Shown here piece by piece: positions 51,901 through 61,157 of a stretch of DNA of 64,000 bases. Under the pieces are notes generated by a model, which saw only the letters and a program-made list of their open reading frames with translations, was not told the origin of the DNA and did not search any database. Every line of letters begins with the position of its first letter. The stretch's first letter is position 1. The DNA is from Nitrospirota bacterium (GTDB lineage: Bacteria; Nitrospirota; Nitrospiria; Nitrospirales; Nitrospiraceae). Made by a program: the position numbers and the translations under genes. Location: positions 15,911 through 79,910 of the forward strand of contig CAVPGK010000005.1 in NCBI GenBank assembly GCA_963703955.1. The letters run 5' to 3'.

Positions 51901-52168
51901 CCCCGATGCCATGCTTGGAGAACGACTCCACGTGCTCCACGTTGGAGGCCGAGCTGACGGCTTTTTCGATCGGATAGACGACACTCTGCTCGATGTCGAG
52001 CGGGGGCGCTCCCTTGTAGATGACCCCGACAAACGCGACCGGCACCTGGATATTCGGGAAGAGATCGACGGGGAGGCGCTCCAGCGAGGTGGCGCCCAGC
52101 ACCACCATCGCCAGAGAGAGCATCAGGATGCCGATTCGGTTTCTGAGGGCGAGGAGCGTCAGCCACAT
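48962..52168 (-). CDS. RND efflux permease (AcrB/AcrD/AcrF family)
   Basis: LPVDLFP, GRLVDDSIVELENI, GIVVSNGVLLVD, RLRPILMT. Confidence 0.95.
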   Translation of the reverse strand: MWLTLLALRNRIGILMLSLAMVVLGATSLERLPVDLFPNIQVPVAFVGVIYKGAPPLDIEQSVVYPIEKAVSSASNVEHVESFSKHGIGAVQVWFNWGADINVGQMEVIQRITQILNSLPPGILQPFIVKFDVSNIPVAFVTVSGSNLDERALYDLAFNTIAPQIEQLPNVAAATVEGGKIRQININLDPALLNARGLSILDVVRAVKASNLILPSGDIKAGNLDYNVFTNNQFRTVEPINDVIVKVNQQGNPVRVRDLGTVMDSSDIQTNVVRTDGNRSVYLRVNKQPIANTVEVVDALRAALPKMIGIPPGVKLGISFDQSVYIRQSINNLMEQALHGSISAAAVILIFLRNLTSTMIISVAIPLSIMVTFILLYFTGQTLNIFTLGGLALGVGRLVDDSIVELENIQRHLNTGQRRWEAILEAAREVAMPIFASTVTTVVVFLPILFVVGIAKLLFIPLTFTIAIALFTSFFISRTVTPALCLKFLKPEQEAHRAMPEWWVRLMGWSRAKYDALDARYQDALSWTLSHWKLVIGGIVLFFVGSLALLPLIGTEFIPVTDESQFRIVVRAPVGQRVEKTEQQVAAIERVLRETIPPDELETIVSSTGVLAQGRSSLFNPNTGPHTSLVQVYLVSPDKRRRNQVQIMNEVRPKVIKLFPGVATFFDPGGLVKRVTSFGSQKAVDVEIYGYDLEKARDVIRQVDAIMHQVPGLADVEVSREENYPELDINVDREKAALLGVSETDVANAVLFSLNGNGQTDPIIFTDPQNGNEYYISAWLAEEYRKDLSDLDNILLTTKAGEPVLLKNVAVVRQNAGPVKIDRKYFQRVIHITANPVNRDLGAIADDLETRFAELQLPQGFSIRLAGQIQQQRETFQGLIFATVLAVLLVYMVMAAQFKSLIDPFIIMFSVPLGLPGVILILFLTNTTLSTTSFMGVIMMLGIVVSNGVLLVDYTNVLRRRGIALREAVVRAARTRLRPILMTSLATVFGLLPMAIGIGTGGETNAPLARAVIGGLSVSTMLTLFLIPTLYLMLEERFPRRSDPELSMTEGNGEVDLLPRPIEKPVGV

Positions 52169-52178
52169 CTTGAAGAAT

Positions 52179-52247
52179 GTTCTGATTTGCTGATTTGAAG
52201 ACTTGATGATTTAGAAAAAATCACACATCAACACTCGCCAAATCATG
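52179..52247. repeat. Degenerate octamer repeats in inverted arrangement
   Basis: tgatttgc-tgatttga-agacttga-tgatttag followed by complementary aaatca units. Confidence 0.5.
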
Positions 52248-52248
52248 C

Positions 52249-53427
52249 TTAGAATGATTCGACCGGTCGCGCTTCCACCGGCGTGCCGTTACCGACTAGG
52301 TCCTTGCCTGAGACAATGACGTGTTCGGTCCCGGTCAGACCCTTGACGACTTCGATGCGATTCTCCACCCGGCTACCCACCTCCACCATCACTTGAGAGG
52401 CTTTGCCGTCCTTGACAACATAGACGTATTGAAGCTCCTCGAGGCGGGTCAGCGCGTCCACCGGAATCTGGATCGCGTTCGGATGGGTTCCCACCATGAC
52501 TTCCACGCGGGCAAACATCCCGCCCTTGAGCGCATGATCGGGATTCGGCAGGTCCACCTCAACCGTCATCGTGCGAGTGGCGCGGTTCAAGGCCTGAACG
52601 ATGCGGGTGACTTGCCCGTCGAAGACCTGATCAGGATACGCCTCGGCGCGCACTTCGGCCTTCTGGCCGATCTTGATGAGCGGAAGATCCTTCTCGACGA
52701 CTTCGATGAGCGTCCGGACCTGATCGATCTCATGCAGCAAGAGGATGCCTCGTGAAAAGGTCGAGGTGCTGCCCGTCGAGCCGCTCACAAACGAGCCCTG
52801 GTCCAGGTTCCGTTCGGCGATGTATCCGGCAAAGGGCGCCCGAATGTAGGAATAGGTCAGGTTCGTCTCGGCCTGCTGCAGCGCGACCTCCATTTGCTTG
52901 ACCTGCGCTTTCAGTGACTCGATTTGGGCGACCGCCACGTCGTAATTCACCTGTGCAGTGTCAAGGTCTTGTTGAGAAACGAACTGCTGCTTGATGAGCT
53001 CCGTCATTCGGTTCAGGTTCAGCTTGGCATTGCGGATGTTGGCCTCCTGGCGTAAGACATCGGCGCGGGCGGCGGCCAGGTTCGCTTTGGCCCGATTGAC
53101 AGCATGTAGGTAATCGGTATGGTCGATCTCCACCAGCAGTTGGTTGGCCTTCACGAAGTCGCCCTTATCCACGTACATCTTGGCAATGTAGCCGTCCACC
53201 CGGGAGAAGATATTGACCTGCTGAAACGGCTGGATGTCGGCGGTGTAAGGGAGCCGGATGTCCAGGTCCTGACGAATGGGAACCGACGTCCCCACCGTGA
53301 TCACGCGGCCCTTCCGGGCATCGCTTTTCGCGCCGCTGCTGGTGAGGCGAAACGCGATCAGGGCCACCAAGACCAGCGCGAAGATGGCCGCCATCGCCAT
53401 GCCAGGATGTTGGCGAAGCCGATTCAT
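52249..53427 (-). CDS. RND periplasmic adaptor (membrane fusion protein)
   Basis: Lipoyl halves (SRVDGYI..VDKGD; IRAPFAG), coiled coil, LKGGMFARV. Confidence 0.93.
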   Translation of the reverse strand: MNRLRQHPGMAMAAIFALVLVALIAFRLTSSGAKSDARKGRVITVGTSVPIRQDLDIRLPYTADIQPFQQVNIFSRVDGYIAKMYVDKGDFVKANQLLVEIDHTDYLHAVNRAKANLAAARADVLRQEANIRNAKLNLNRMTELIKQQFVSQQDLDTAQVNYDVAVAQIESLKAQVKQMEVALQQAETNLTYSYIRAPFAGYIAERNLDQGSFVSGSTGSTSTFSRGILLLHEIDQVRTLIEVVEKDLPLIKIGQKAEVRAEAYPDQVFDGQVTRIVQALNRATRTMTVEVDLPNPDHALKGGMFARVEVMVGTHPNAIQIPVDALTRLEELQYVYVVKDGKASQVMVEVGSRVENRIEVVKGLTGTEHVIVSGKDLVGNGTPVEARPVESF

Positions 53428-54074
53428 GGCGTCGATGGTCCCTTCCGTTTGCCGCCTCGCGCGGTGGCCCGCAGCCCGTCGAGAAACAGAGCAACGTAGG
53501 TGGCGACGCAGTCCTCCGGTGAGCGATGGCTGGGCACCCGAAAGATCTCATGCAGCAACCGATGATGCGCGACCATGCCCATGAACGCGCGCGCGACGAC
53601 CAGGGGGTCCACCGGCCTGAATGCGCCATCGCGAATGCGTCGATCGATGTAACCGGACAGATAATCGTAAAACATGCGGTGCTGGTTCCGGAAAAACATA
53701 TCCGACAACTCATGCCCTTCCAGCGCGCTAAAGAGGAGCAGGCGCAAGAGCGTCGGGTCGGCGCCGCGATGGATGCGAGAGCTGGCGATCAAGGTGAAAA
53801 CACGGGCATCGTCCCGTTTTTTGGCCGCGTCCTCGACGACCTCTAAAAGCTGAGAGATCGGCGCCTTCTCGGCGAGGATCGCCGCGTACAGCGCACGCTT
53901 GGTCGGGAAATACTTGAACAGCAGGGCTTCGCTGATCCCGGCGGTCTTGGCAATCTCGCGGGTCGTCGTGCCTTTGAAGCCGTTAGCGGCAAAGAGCGAC
54001 GCGGCCGCGGTGATGATGCTGGCCTGGCGCTCTTGGCGTGAGAACCGGTTGCCGTTTGCGTTATTCGATTTCAT
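53424..54074 (-). CDS. TetR/AcrR family transcriptional regulator
   Basis: AASLFAANGFKGTTTREIAKTAGISEALLFKYFPTK. Confidence 0.93.
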   Translation of the reverse strand: MKSNNANGNRFSRQERQASIITAAASLFAANGFKGTTTREIAKTAGISEALLFKYFPTKRALYAAILAEKAPISQLLEVVEDAAKKRDDARVFTLIASSRIHRGADPTLLRLLLFSALEGHELSDMFFRNQHRMFYDYLSGYIDRRIRDGAFRPVDPLVVARAFMGMVAHHRLLHEIFRVPSHRSPEDCVATYVALFLDGLRATARGGKRKGPSTP

Positions 54075-54075
54075 A

Positions 54076-54095
54076 GTGAGTGAGTGGTTACTCAC
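54076..54095. promoter_or_regulatory. Putative TetR operator
   Basis: Inverted repeat GTGAGT-N8-ACTCAC just upstream of the tetR ATG and just downstream of an extended -10 (TGgTACAGT, minus strand). Confidence 0.65.
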
Positions 54096-54269
54096 AAGAC
54101 TGTACCATAATGCACCGGCGGGGAAAAGACCTAGTGCTCGAAACTGCTATTGCAGAAGTGATGCACCGCTGCAATTGTGATTGCTTGCCGAAGGGGCAGA
54201 TCAATAATGTCTTCGATTGTTCTCGGCCGTGGAGTCATATAGCTCTCCTTTCACTGGCGCGCGACACCA

Positions 54270-54484
54270 GATTCGCCCTTGTTCCAGAGCATCCTGATTT
54301 TTAAACAGCAGATCGTGCATGACCCAAAACTGACCCTGGGCGTCGGCCGCTTCTTCGGCTGGTTGAGCAAGGAGATGTTTATGAATCAGTGGGAAACGGT
54401 GATTGGCGCAGAATGGGGTCCGGCGACATGGTCATCGTTATGGATGGAAAGAGCGGGGTTGGGATGGACAGAGGACCCGCTCAT
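54270..54484 (-). pseudogene. DsbA/thioredoxin-fold protein remnant with internal deletion
   Basis: Manual translation: DDHVAGPHSAPITV joined out of frame to RFPLIHKH..AEEAADAQGQFWVMHDLLFKNQDAL; the CxxC segment is missing. Confidence 0.75.
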
Positions 54485-54694
54485 GAGCACTCTTCACGAA
54501 AATTGACCGCCCAACTTCTCCACCTATCAACGTCCATTGCAGCCCAGATGTCCGCAGCCGCACCTGGCGTCTCTGGGGTTGCCGGACGCGCACTTATCAC
54601 TGCAATACATCCTCCCTTCTGGAACTATGCAGCTACACGCAGGATGCGCACTGTGCTGGCCATGGCAACCCTCTCTCTCGATCTACTTATAAGT

Positions 54695-55051
54695 TCACCT
54701 CCTCAGTGTTTCCTCCGCAGGTGCGCGACCAAGTTCCCTCCCGCGCCGGTTGGCCAGGTTCGTCACCTCTTCTCTTGGCAGCCGCGATGACTTGTTTTGG
54801 CATCGTTCCATGTGACATAAGCCCTCCGTCTCATCGACTGTGCCAGTGACGCCTTCTCGTCGAAGTTGTCTTAAGCCGGCCTTTTTGTGTGAGCCGTCGC
54901 AGAACGGCTTGTTCGCCGACTGCCCGCACCGGCAGAGCCACGTCTCGTCTCCCTCAAACGCGATCTCCCGGCCGCCCTCGGTCACGATGTTGAACTTCCC
55001 CTTGACGTGATACGGACCATTGTTTTGCGGCTTGATGATGACGTCACTCAT
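54695..55051 (-). CDS. CDGSH iron-sulfur domain protein (3' end uncertain)
   Basis: NGPYHV, LCRCGQSANKPFCDGSH; RBS AGGAGG. Confidence 0.88.
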   Translation of the reverse strand: MSDVIIKPQNNGPYHVKGKFNIVTEGGREIAFEGDETWLCRCGQSANKPFCDGSHKKAGLRQLRREGVTGTVDETEGLCHMERCQNKSSRLPREEVTNLANRRGRELGRAPAEETLRR

Positions 55052-55094
55052 GGTGTACCTCCTTCATCTATCGCCCCAATCGCAGCGCCCACCT

Positions 55095-55421
55095 CTACTC
55101 AGAAGGGTACTGCCGCGGCTGATGTTGTACGGTAACCCACTAGGCGGTCGTAAACTCCTCGATGATCCAGTCGCCGCCGAAACGTCCGAGCCCGCTGTTC
55201 TTCTCGCCGCTTTCATGTCCAAGCACGACGGGCAGCGGCGCTGTATAAAGCTGGTCGCGTGCAACCACGTCGGGGTGGCACATGCGGGTTGCAAAGATCG
55301 GGACGAGCATCTCGTCGTGACGTGGCTCCTCCTAAGGTGAACGTGTCGATCTGGAGCGGCCCGCTTTCTTAAGGACCACCACCGCCTTGATCTCTCGCGT
55401 CTGGCTATTGTGCTTCGTCAT
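55095..55421 (-). pseudogene. Chimeric remnant: Zn-dependent (aryl-)alcohol dehydrogenase 5' end fused to aldehyde dehydrogenase 3' end
   Basis: EPRHDEMLV..MCHPDVVARDQLY..PLPVVLGHESG continues directly into [33 protein letters not shown]. Confidence 0.8.
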
Positions 55422-55545
55422 GCGATTGCTCCCTCTGCGGGCTATGGCCGGGAATCGCGAGACTTATTTCCGGCCCAGTTGAGACTTGGCAGCATCGCTC
55501 ATCATCTCCGGCCCGGTGCGGTTCTTGTCAGTACGACCACGCTCG

Positions 55546-56496
55546 TTAGGTGAGTGTCGTTATTGTGCCTTCCGGAGATCGATCACTCGTTCCGTCCTCG
55601 TTCAGCTCCACAACAATCTGCGAACCTTCCGGGATCGGCTTCGTCTTTCCTTCCATCCGTTCCAGCGGGAACACTTTCTCGCCTTCCGGTGTCCAGAGCT
55701 TGATCTGGTCTTTGGTTTTCCCGACATAGATCAACTTCCCGGAAATGAGACGGTGCGCACCCTTCTTATGCTTTTCTTTGCCATGGTGGTCGATCACCAT
55801 ATTTTCCTGGTTCAGCCAGAGGGTCACTTCGTCACCGACCGCGGCATCCTCAGGAGCCGTCTTGGTGCTGATGGTGTACTGACCCACCGGGCTCTTCACA
55901 TAGATCACGCCGGACTGGATCTTCGTCACCACTCCATCAACCGTCAGATGATCCCGATTTCGTGTGCGGATGCTCGTCAAAGGTCAAATCGATCGTGGGA
56001 CTCTGGCGTAAATCGATGACGCTTCCAGCTTCATTCAGCTCCACGATGACAGGCGATCCCTCGGCGATTGGCTTGGCCTTGACCTCCATCCGCTCGAGCG
56101 GAAACACTTTTCGCCTTCCGGTGTCCAGAGCTTGATCTGATTCTTCGTCTTTCCGGCATAGATCAGCTTGCCTGCCACGTAACGATGCGCATGGGCGGGC
56201 TCTCCTTTGCGATGCACATCGATGACGATATTTTCTTAATTCACCTGCATCTCCACTTCTTCGCCGACCTTGAGGTTCTGAGGTCCGGCAGAGGAGGAGA
56301 TGACCATTTGTCCCCAAGGAGTCTTTACCGTAGCCTGGTCTGCTTGCACCTTCGAGACGACCCCGCTGACTTTCATGTGCGTCCCTTTGCCGCTCGTTCC
56401 CCTTCGTCGGCAAACCCGTAGGAGGCCAGCATCACCAGACTCAGGACCATCGAACCGAGAACTGATTGTCTTGCGCATTGTCGTTCTCCTTTGCAT
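55546..56496 (-). pseudogene. Secreted protein with two tandem beta-rich repeats, broken by several frameshifts and a stop
   Basis: Duplicated unit GVV.K..KTP/KSP.GQ..VG.EV...N.VID.H...GKLIY.GKTK.QIKLWTPEG spread over several frames. Confidence 0.65.
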
Positions 56497-57112
56497 GTAA
56501 GTAACAGATTCCGGCTGCCTTGTTGAATTGGACCGTTCACATTGCCCTCCTGGCTTTAGGGTATAGCTATCTCGTGGTGTCCTCTGATTCAGAAGACTGT
56601 GACTCCGGCGTCGAGATCAGCATTCGTATTCGATGCTGCTCCACCTGGATCATTTGGATCATTATGAGACTGTTATTTCTCGATTAGGGACAGTGTTATT
56701 TCGCTGAACCGGAAGTGGATGTATAGAGAAGATTGGGGAGAAAAGCAACACTTTCACTAGTGGACTCAGGGCAAGAAGGCAAAGCATGACAGAAGGGATA
56801 GAACGATCGCCGCAACTCAGCTGAGATCATGGCAAGGAATCTTGTTTTGCAGCCTTATCCTCAAACAACACCTGTGACTGCTAAGAGGGTCCCATGAACC
56901 ACTGCCTCAAAGGCTCAAACCGATCGGCGGGCTCTGCGCATCTTTTAGCGCTCGCACGGGCAGGCTTGGTTCGCCTCGGATCGGGAAAGTTGCGGGCCGG
57001 ATTCTGGAAGATGCCGCGGCCAAAGGATAGGCCAAGGGCCGCCTCGAAAGCTCTACTGGCAGAGAGAGCGGACGGTCGATGAAATTTTGGGATGCTCGGA
57101 TCGAAAAACCCA

Positions 57113-57237
57113 GCCGGATGCTCAAAAAGGTCATTCAACGAGGCCGCAGGAAGTTTGGATGGCGAGGCGTACAGTCGAGTACGTTGAGGCGTCCGAACGA
57201 CCGAGAACGAAGTTGATGGCGTTTTTCAGCATCCGGC
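57113..57237 (+). mobile_element. ~125-bp MITE/REP-like element (family A)
   Basis: TIRs gccggatgctcaaaaa / tttttcagcatccggc; abuts the pepM TAG. Confidence 0.78.
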
Positions 57238-58920
57238 CTAACTGCGAATCTTCGCCCAGGCCTGCTGGTACTCTTCGAAGGAATCCACTTCCATCCACCC
57301 TTTGAAGATGGGGACGCAGTTGACGGTGTGGCCGGTGTCGATGAGCTCTTGGATCAGGTCGGTGAAGGAGGCGCGACTGACGGCGCCTGCCTCCTGAAAG
57401 CCTTTTGACTCGTATGTTTTGAGCGCGTTGCGGTAGGCCTGTTTGAAGAGTTCGATGCCCCTCTCGGAGAACATCGCCATCCCGATGAACTCGCCGTGCG
57501 CCTCGCCGTGCGGCAGGTGCTGTCCGATTCTGAGGACGCGGTTTTGCTCATCCGGCATCACGTAGCGAAACAGGTAGCTCTTGCCCGGCGGGTCTTGCAA
57601 TGCGACCAGATCAGGATTGATGTGCGCGTGGGTCTTCGCGGCGTGCTGTTGCTGATCGTACCAGGCGAGGTCCACCACCAATGTGATATCCGCCGGACTC
57701 TTGAGCAGCTTCTCCAGGACGGCGGTCTCGAAGATGATGTCTCCATACAACAGGACGCACCGCCCCTTCATTTCGTTCTCGGCGCAAAATAACGAGAACA
57801 GCTCGCCGGTCTCTTCGTAGCGATCGTTATCGTAATAACGGATATTCGGCAGCGTGATCGCGTCCTTTTTATAGCCGCGTACCAGGGCAATGTCCTTGAT
57901 GTTGCACTCATTCAACGCCGAGACCTGACGCTCGAGAATCGTTTTCCCTTTGATATCCAACAGGCACTTGGGCTTGTCCTCGATGAGCGGCAACAACTGC
58001 TTTTCAAAGCCCGCGGCGGCGATGATCGCGGTCAGCTTCTCACCGCCGACGGGCAGAAACCGGCGCTCGTCTTCTTCCATCTGTGGAACGCCGACCAGGT
58101 CGTAGACTTCTTTCAACTTCACGATCCGATCGTTCACCGAGCCCGGGCGGGTATCCTGCTTGATCACGTCCAGCGCGTCGCGCATAGCTTTGATGCCCGC
58201 GCGAATCGCCTGATTTGCGTAAATGACGATCTTGAAGCCCGCCTCTTCGAGTTCGGCGGCAGTGACGCCGTCGAAAATCGTCGGCACCACGACGAGCGGG
58301 ACGGGGCCGGACCAGGCCTTGGCCACCGCTTTGAGTTCATCGAACGTAGGGGATTTGGAATGGATCAGCACCGCATCCGCGCCGGCGCCGGCATAGGCTT
58401 CGGCCCGCGTGAGGGCCTCTTCCTGTCCCCAGCCGGCGATCAACGCTTCCGTCCGGGCGATGACCATGAAGTCGGGCACCGTCTGCGCGGCTTTGGCCGC
58501 CTGGATTTTTCCGCAGTGCTCTTCGATTGAGATCAATTCCCGCCGAACCCCCGCGTAGAAGCTGCATCGCTTGGGAAACACGTTATCTTCGATGCAGATG
58601 GCGGCGACGCCGGCGCGTTCCCGGTCGGTGACCGTGCGCATCACGTTGAGCGCGTTCCCGTAACCAGTATCGCAGTCGGCGATGATGGGAATGGTCACCG
58701 CTTCGGCCATGTTCCGTTCCACTTCGAGTTGCTCGGTGGGCGTGATGAAACTGGCATCGGGAATGCACTTCAGTGCGGCAGAAATGCCGAACCCGCTGGC
58801 CCAGACGGCATCGAAGCCTGCTTGCTGGATGAGTTTGGCGCTGAGCGCGTCGTGAGCGCCGACGGCTTTGATAATGCCTGGACGCCGAAGGAGTTCTCTT
58901 AATTTCGTGGCGTTGTGCAT
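57238..58920 (-). CDS. pepM: Phosphoenolpyruvate mutase-like domain fused to a nucleotidyltransferase domain
   Basis: GAHDALSAKL, WASG, DCDTGYG, EDNVFPKRCS loop, ARTEALIAG, LIHSK, VVPT; C-terminal AAG..KPKCLL..YGDI..WMEVD; divergent from a ppd/aminotransferase operon. Confidence 0.8.
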   Translation of the reverse strand: MHNATKLRELLRRPGIIKAVGAHDALSAKLIQQAGFDAVWASGFGISAALKCIPDASFITPTEQLEVERNMAEAVTIPIIADCDTGYGNALNVMRTVTDRERAGVAAICIEDNVFPKRCSFYAGVRRELISIEEHCGKIQAAKAAQTVPDFMVIARTEALIAGWGQEEALTRAEAYAGAGADAVLIHSKSPTFDELKAVAKAWSGPVPLVVVPTIFDGVTAAELEEAGFKIVIYANQAIRAGIKAMRDALDVIKQDTRPGSVNDRIVKLKEVYDLVGVPQMEEDERRFLPVGGEKLTAIIAAAGFEKQLLPLIEDKPKCLLDIKGKTILERQVSALNECNIKDIALVRGYKKDAITLPNIRYYDNDRYEETGELFSLFCAENEMKGRCVLLYGDIIFETAVLEKLLKSPADITLVVDLAWYDQQQHAAKTHAHINPDLVALQDPPGKSYLFRYVMPDEQNRVLRIGQHLPHGEAHGEFIGMAMFSERGIELFKQAYRNALKTYESKGFQEAGAVSRASFTDLIQELIDTGHTVNCVPIFKGWMEVDSFEEYQQAWAKIRS

Positions 58921-58928
58921 CGCGCGTC

Positions 58929-58958
58929 ACTATGCGAAAGAGGTTGTTAGGTTGTCAA
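58929..58958 (-). promoter_or_regulatory. Sigma70 promoter of pepM (very short leader)
   Basis: TTGACA-N18-CATAGT, 8 nt upstream of the ATG. Confidence 0.55.
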
Positions 58959-59025
58959 TAAGAATTGCTCCCCTGGCCGCTGAAAAAGACTCCCTGACTG
59001 ATCTGAAAATAGCAGCCTGCGGGAT

Positions 59026-59619
59026 TCAGTAGGCGTTGTCGGGATACGTGTCCAAAAAGCGAGGAGACAGCGTGCGGCTATCGAACGAAACGAACCCACG
59101 TTCGCCTTGAGATTGGTAGGTCAGGTTGATTTCCGTATCCGTGCCGCGCCAATTGTATTGTTGATTCAGGCCCCGAACCATCTGGCCAGGCAACCGTTCG
59201 ATGGTCCCGTAGTGCGATTCGAGGTAGGGCAGGATTCGATCATGGTTGGCTTTGCCTCGATAACGAATGATGACCCTGGCGAATTGATCGTCAATCGTCA
59301 TAAACCGCATCATTTCCACATCTACCTCCGCAAACGACAACCGGCCATCCTTGTGATCGTAGCCTTTGATGGCTCCTGCGGAATCCGCCAGTGCCATGTC
59401 CTGCCGGTCTGCTAACGAGGAGCCCCAGGGTATGCCGAGGAAACCTTTGGGGTCATCCTGCAATGTGATAACGGCAGAGGCTGAGGTCTCGGCTAGTAGG
59501 ACAATGGCGACACCAAGCCAGAGTAAGCGGGCTGACACACGCACGTCATTGAAGATCCGGGTTCGCTGGTGAACGGATGGCTTCATTCCGGCGGTCCGAA
59601 CGAGTGCGCACAGTACCAC
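59026..59619 (-). CDS. Secreted hypothetical protein (start uncertain)
   Basis: Signal-like segment; DPKGFLGIPWG; QQYNWRG. Confidence 0.7.
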   Translation of the reverse strand: MVLCALVRTAGMKPSVHQRTRIFNDVRVSARLLWLGVAIVLLAETSASAVITLQDDPKGFLGIPWGSSLADRQDMALADSAGAIKGYDHKDGRLSFAEVDVEMMRFMTIDDQFARVIIRYRGKANHDRILPYLESHYGTIERLPGQMVRGLNQQYNWRGTDTEINLTYQSQGERGFVSFDSRTLSPRFLDTYPDNAY

Positions 59620-59644
59620 GATTGCCCGGTGAGGGCAACTATTT

Positions 59645-59890
59645 CACCCACCAAGACGCTATTTCACGCGCCGCTTCACTCTCCTTTTTCTAGCGCACCG
59701 GGACGCGCCTTTTTCCCATGGCGCAAGCCTGCCAAGACAGGCTCTTTTTCGCTCTCATCCATTATCTCACCCACCCGCCCTAGGCGCGCCGAGACGCGCC
59801 TTCTTCCCATGGCCCGAGCTGGCCAAGACCAGCTCTTCATTATTGTATTGCACCCGCCCACCCCAAGCGCGCCGAGACGCGCTCCTTCCC
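59645..59890 (+). repeat. Cluster of 3-4 family C repeats
   Basis: cacccacccgccctaggcgcgccgagacgcgcc, cacccgcccaccccaagcgcgccgagacgcgc and weaker copies. Confidence 0.7.
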
Positions 59891-59922
59891 GTGGGGACGC
59901 GACTTTTCGTGTGTCGGACTCC

Positions 59923-59951
59923 TTGTGAATCTACCTCTCGGTCGCTATAAT
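59923..59951 (+). promoter_or_regulatory. Sigma70 promoter of the phosphonate operon
   Basis: TTGTGA-N17-TATAAT. Confidence 0.6.
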
Positions 59952-60005
59952 GCGGCGCGCAACGCGCAGTTGAGGGCGTAAGGTTTGAGTCCAGAGGTTG
60001 GGATT

Positions 60006-60503
60006 ATGATTGAGAGTGATGTATTCGTTCAGGCCCTGCAAGACATCGGGTTCGATTTCTTTACGGGTGTGCCCGATTCGATTCTGGGCGGCATCATTGC
60101 GACATTGATGGAACGCCGGCTGTACACGCCTGCCGTTCGGGAAGACGAGGCCGTCGCAATGGCGGCCGGGGCGTATATGGCCGGAAAAGTTCCGGCGGTG
60201 TTGATGCAAAATTCGGGGTTGGGGACATCGCTGAACGCGCTGATCTCACTCAACCTCATCTATCAGCAACCATGCCTCCTGCTCGTCTCCTGGCGGGGAT
60301 TTCAGGGGAAGGATGCTCCCGAGCATTTGGTGATGGGTCAGAGCATGCCCCACCTTCTGGATGCCGTGCACATCCCTCATCGCACCATCTCGGAGCAGAC
60401 GCTCGTCGAAGATTTGCGGTGGACGGCACAGACCTTTATGAAAGAACATATCCCGGTTGCGTTGCTGCTGAAAAAAGGCATCGTGAAAGGTATTCAGCCA
60501 TGA
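60006..60503 (+). CDS. Phosphonopyruvate decarboxylase alpha subunit (ComD-like)
   Basis: FFTGVPDS, REDEAVAMAAG, MQNSGLG, WRG..DAPEH. Confidence 0.88.
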   Translation: MIESDVFVQALQDIGFDFFTGVPDSILGGIIATLMERRLYTPAVREDEAVAMAAGAYMAGKVPAVLMQNSGLGTSLNALISLNLIYQQPCLLLVSWRGFQGKDAPEHLVMGQSMPHLLDAVHIPHRTISEQTLVEDLRWTAQTFMKEHIPVALLLKKGIVKGIQP

Positions 60504-61078
60504 GGCCGGACGAAGGGACCCTGCAAAGTCGCGCGCGGGCCATCGGTGCGGTGCTCGAGCTGCTGACCGACCAGCCGGTCATCATTTGTAATGGATTTCC
60601 GTCTCGGGAAGCTTTCAAACTGGTGGACCGCCCGACTCACTTCTACATGATCGGATCGATGGGCGTTGCGCCGGCGATCGGATTGGGCGTCGCCTTGGCC
60701 AAGCCCAACAAGAAGGTCATCATTCTGGACGGCGACGGGAATGTGCTGATGGGGATGGGCACGTTGGCGACGATCGGCGCGTTGAAGCCGAAAAACTTTC
60801 TTCATGTCGTCTTCGATAATGAAGTGTATGGGAGCACCGGGAATCAACCGACGATCTCGCGTATCGTTCGGTTGGAGCAGATGGCGAAAGCGGCAGGGTA
60901 CGTCAATGTGGAGCGGGTCTTGGAGCGGGAAGATTTGATCTACGAGTTCAAAGACATGCTCAAGAAAGACGGTCCGAGCTTCTTGCTCGTGAAAGTCACG
61001 GAGCAGGCTGAGGACGTGGACCGGATTCCCCTCGACCCACAGGAAATTACACAAAGGTTTAAGAAGGCAATCGAATAA
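60500..61078 (+). CDS. Phosphonopyruvate decarboxylase beta subunit (ThDP-binding, ComE-like)
   Basis: FYMIGSMG, DGDGNVLM..DNEVYGSTGNQ. Confidence 0.88.
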   Translation: MRPDEGTLQSRARAIGAVLELLTDQPVIICNGFPSREAFKLVDRPTHFYMIGSMGVAPAIGLGVALAKPNKKVIILDGDGNVLMGMGTLATIGALKPKNFLHVVFDNEVYGSTGNQPTISRIVRLEQMAKAAGYVNVERVLEREDLIYEFKDMLKKDGPSFLLVKVTEQAEDVDRIPLDPQEITQRFKKAIE

Positions 61079-61157
61079 GGGCAGAAGATAGAGGCGAGGG
61101 ACGAGAAGCAGTAGAGCCAAGGGTCCGACCCTCGCATCTGTTTTGCCAAGGGAACCA

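Noticed and set aside
56883..57097. Additional MITE with ends gagggtccca / tgggatgctc
   Set aside because: The inverted ends are too weak and there is no second copy in the window.
59645..59890. Repeat cluster as a CRISPR array
   Set aside because: The repeats are degenerate, irregularly spaced and dispersed elsewhere in the window; there are no cas genes.
60006..61078. comDE for coenzyme M biosynthesis
   Set aside because: The context (PepM-like gene, AEP transaminase, cytidylyltransferase, CDP-alcohol transferase) favours phosphonopyruvate decarboxylase, and no comA/comB/comC is present.
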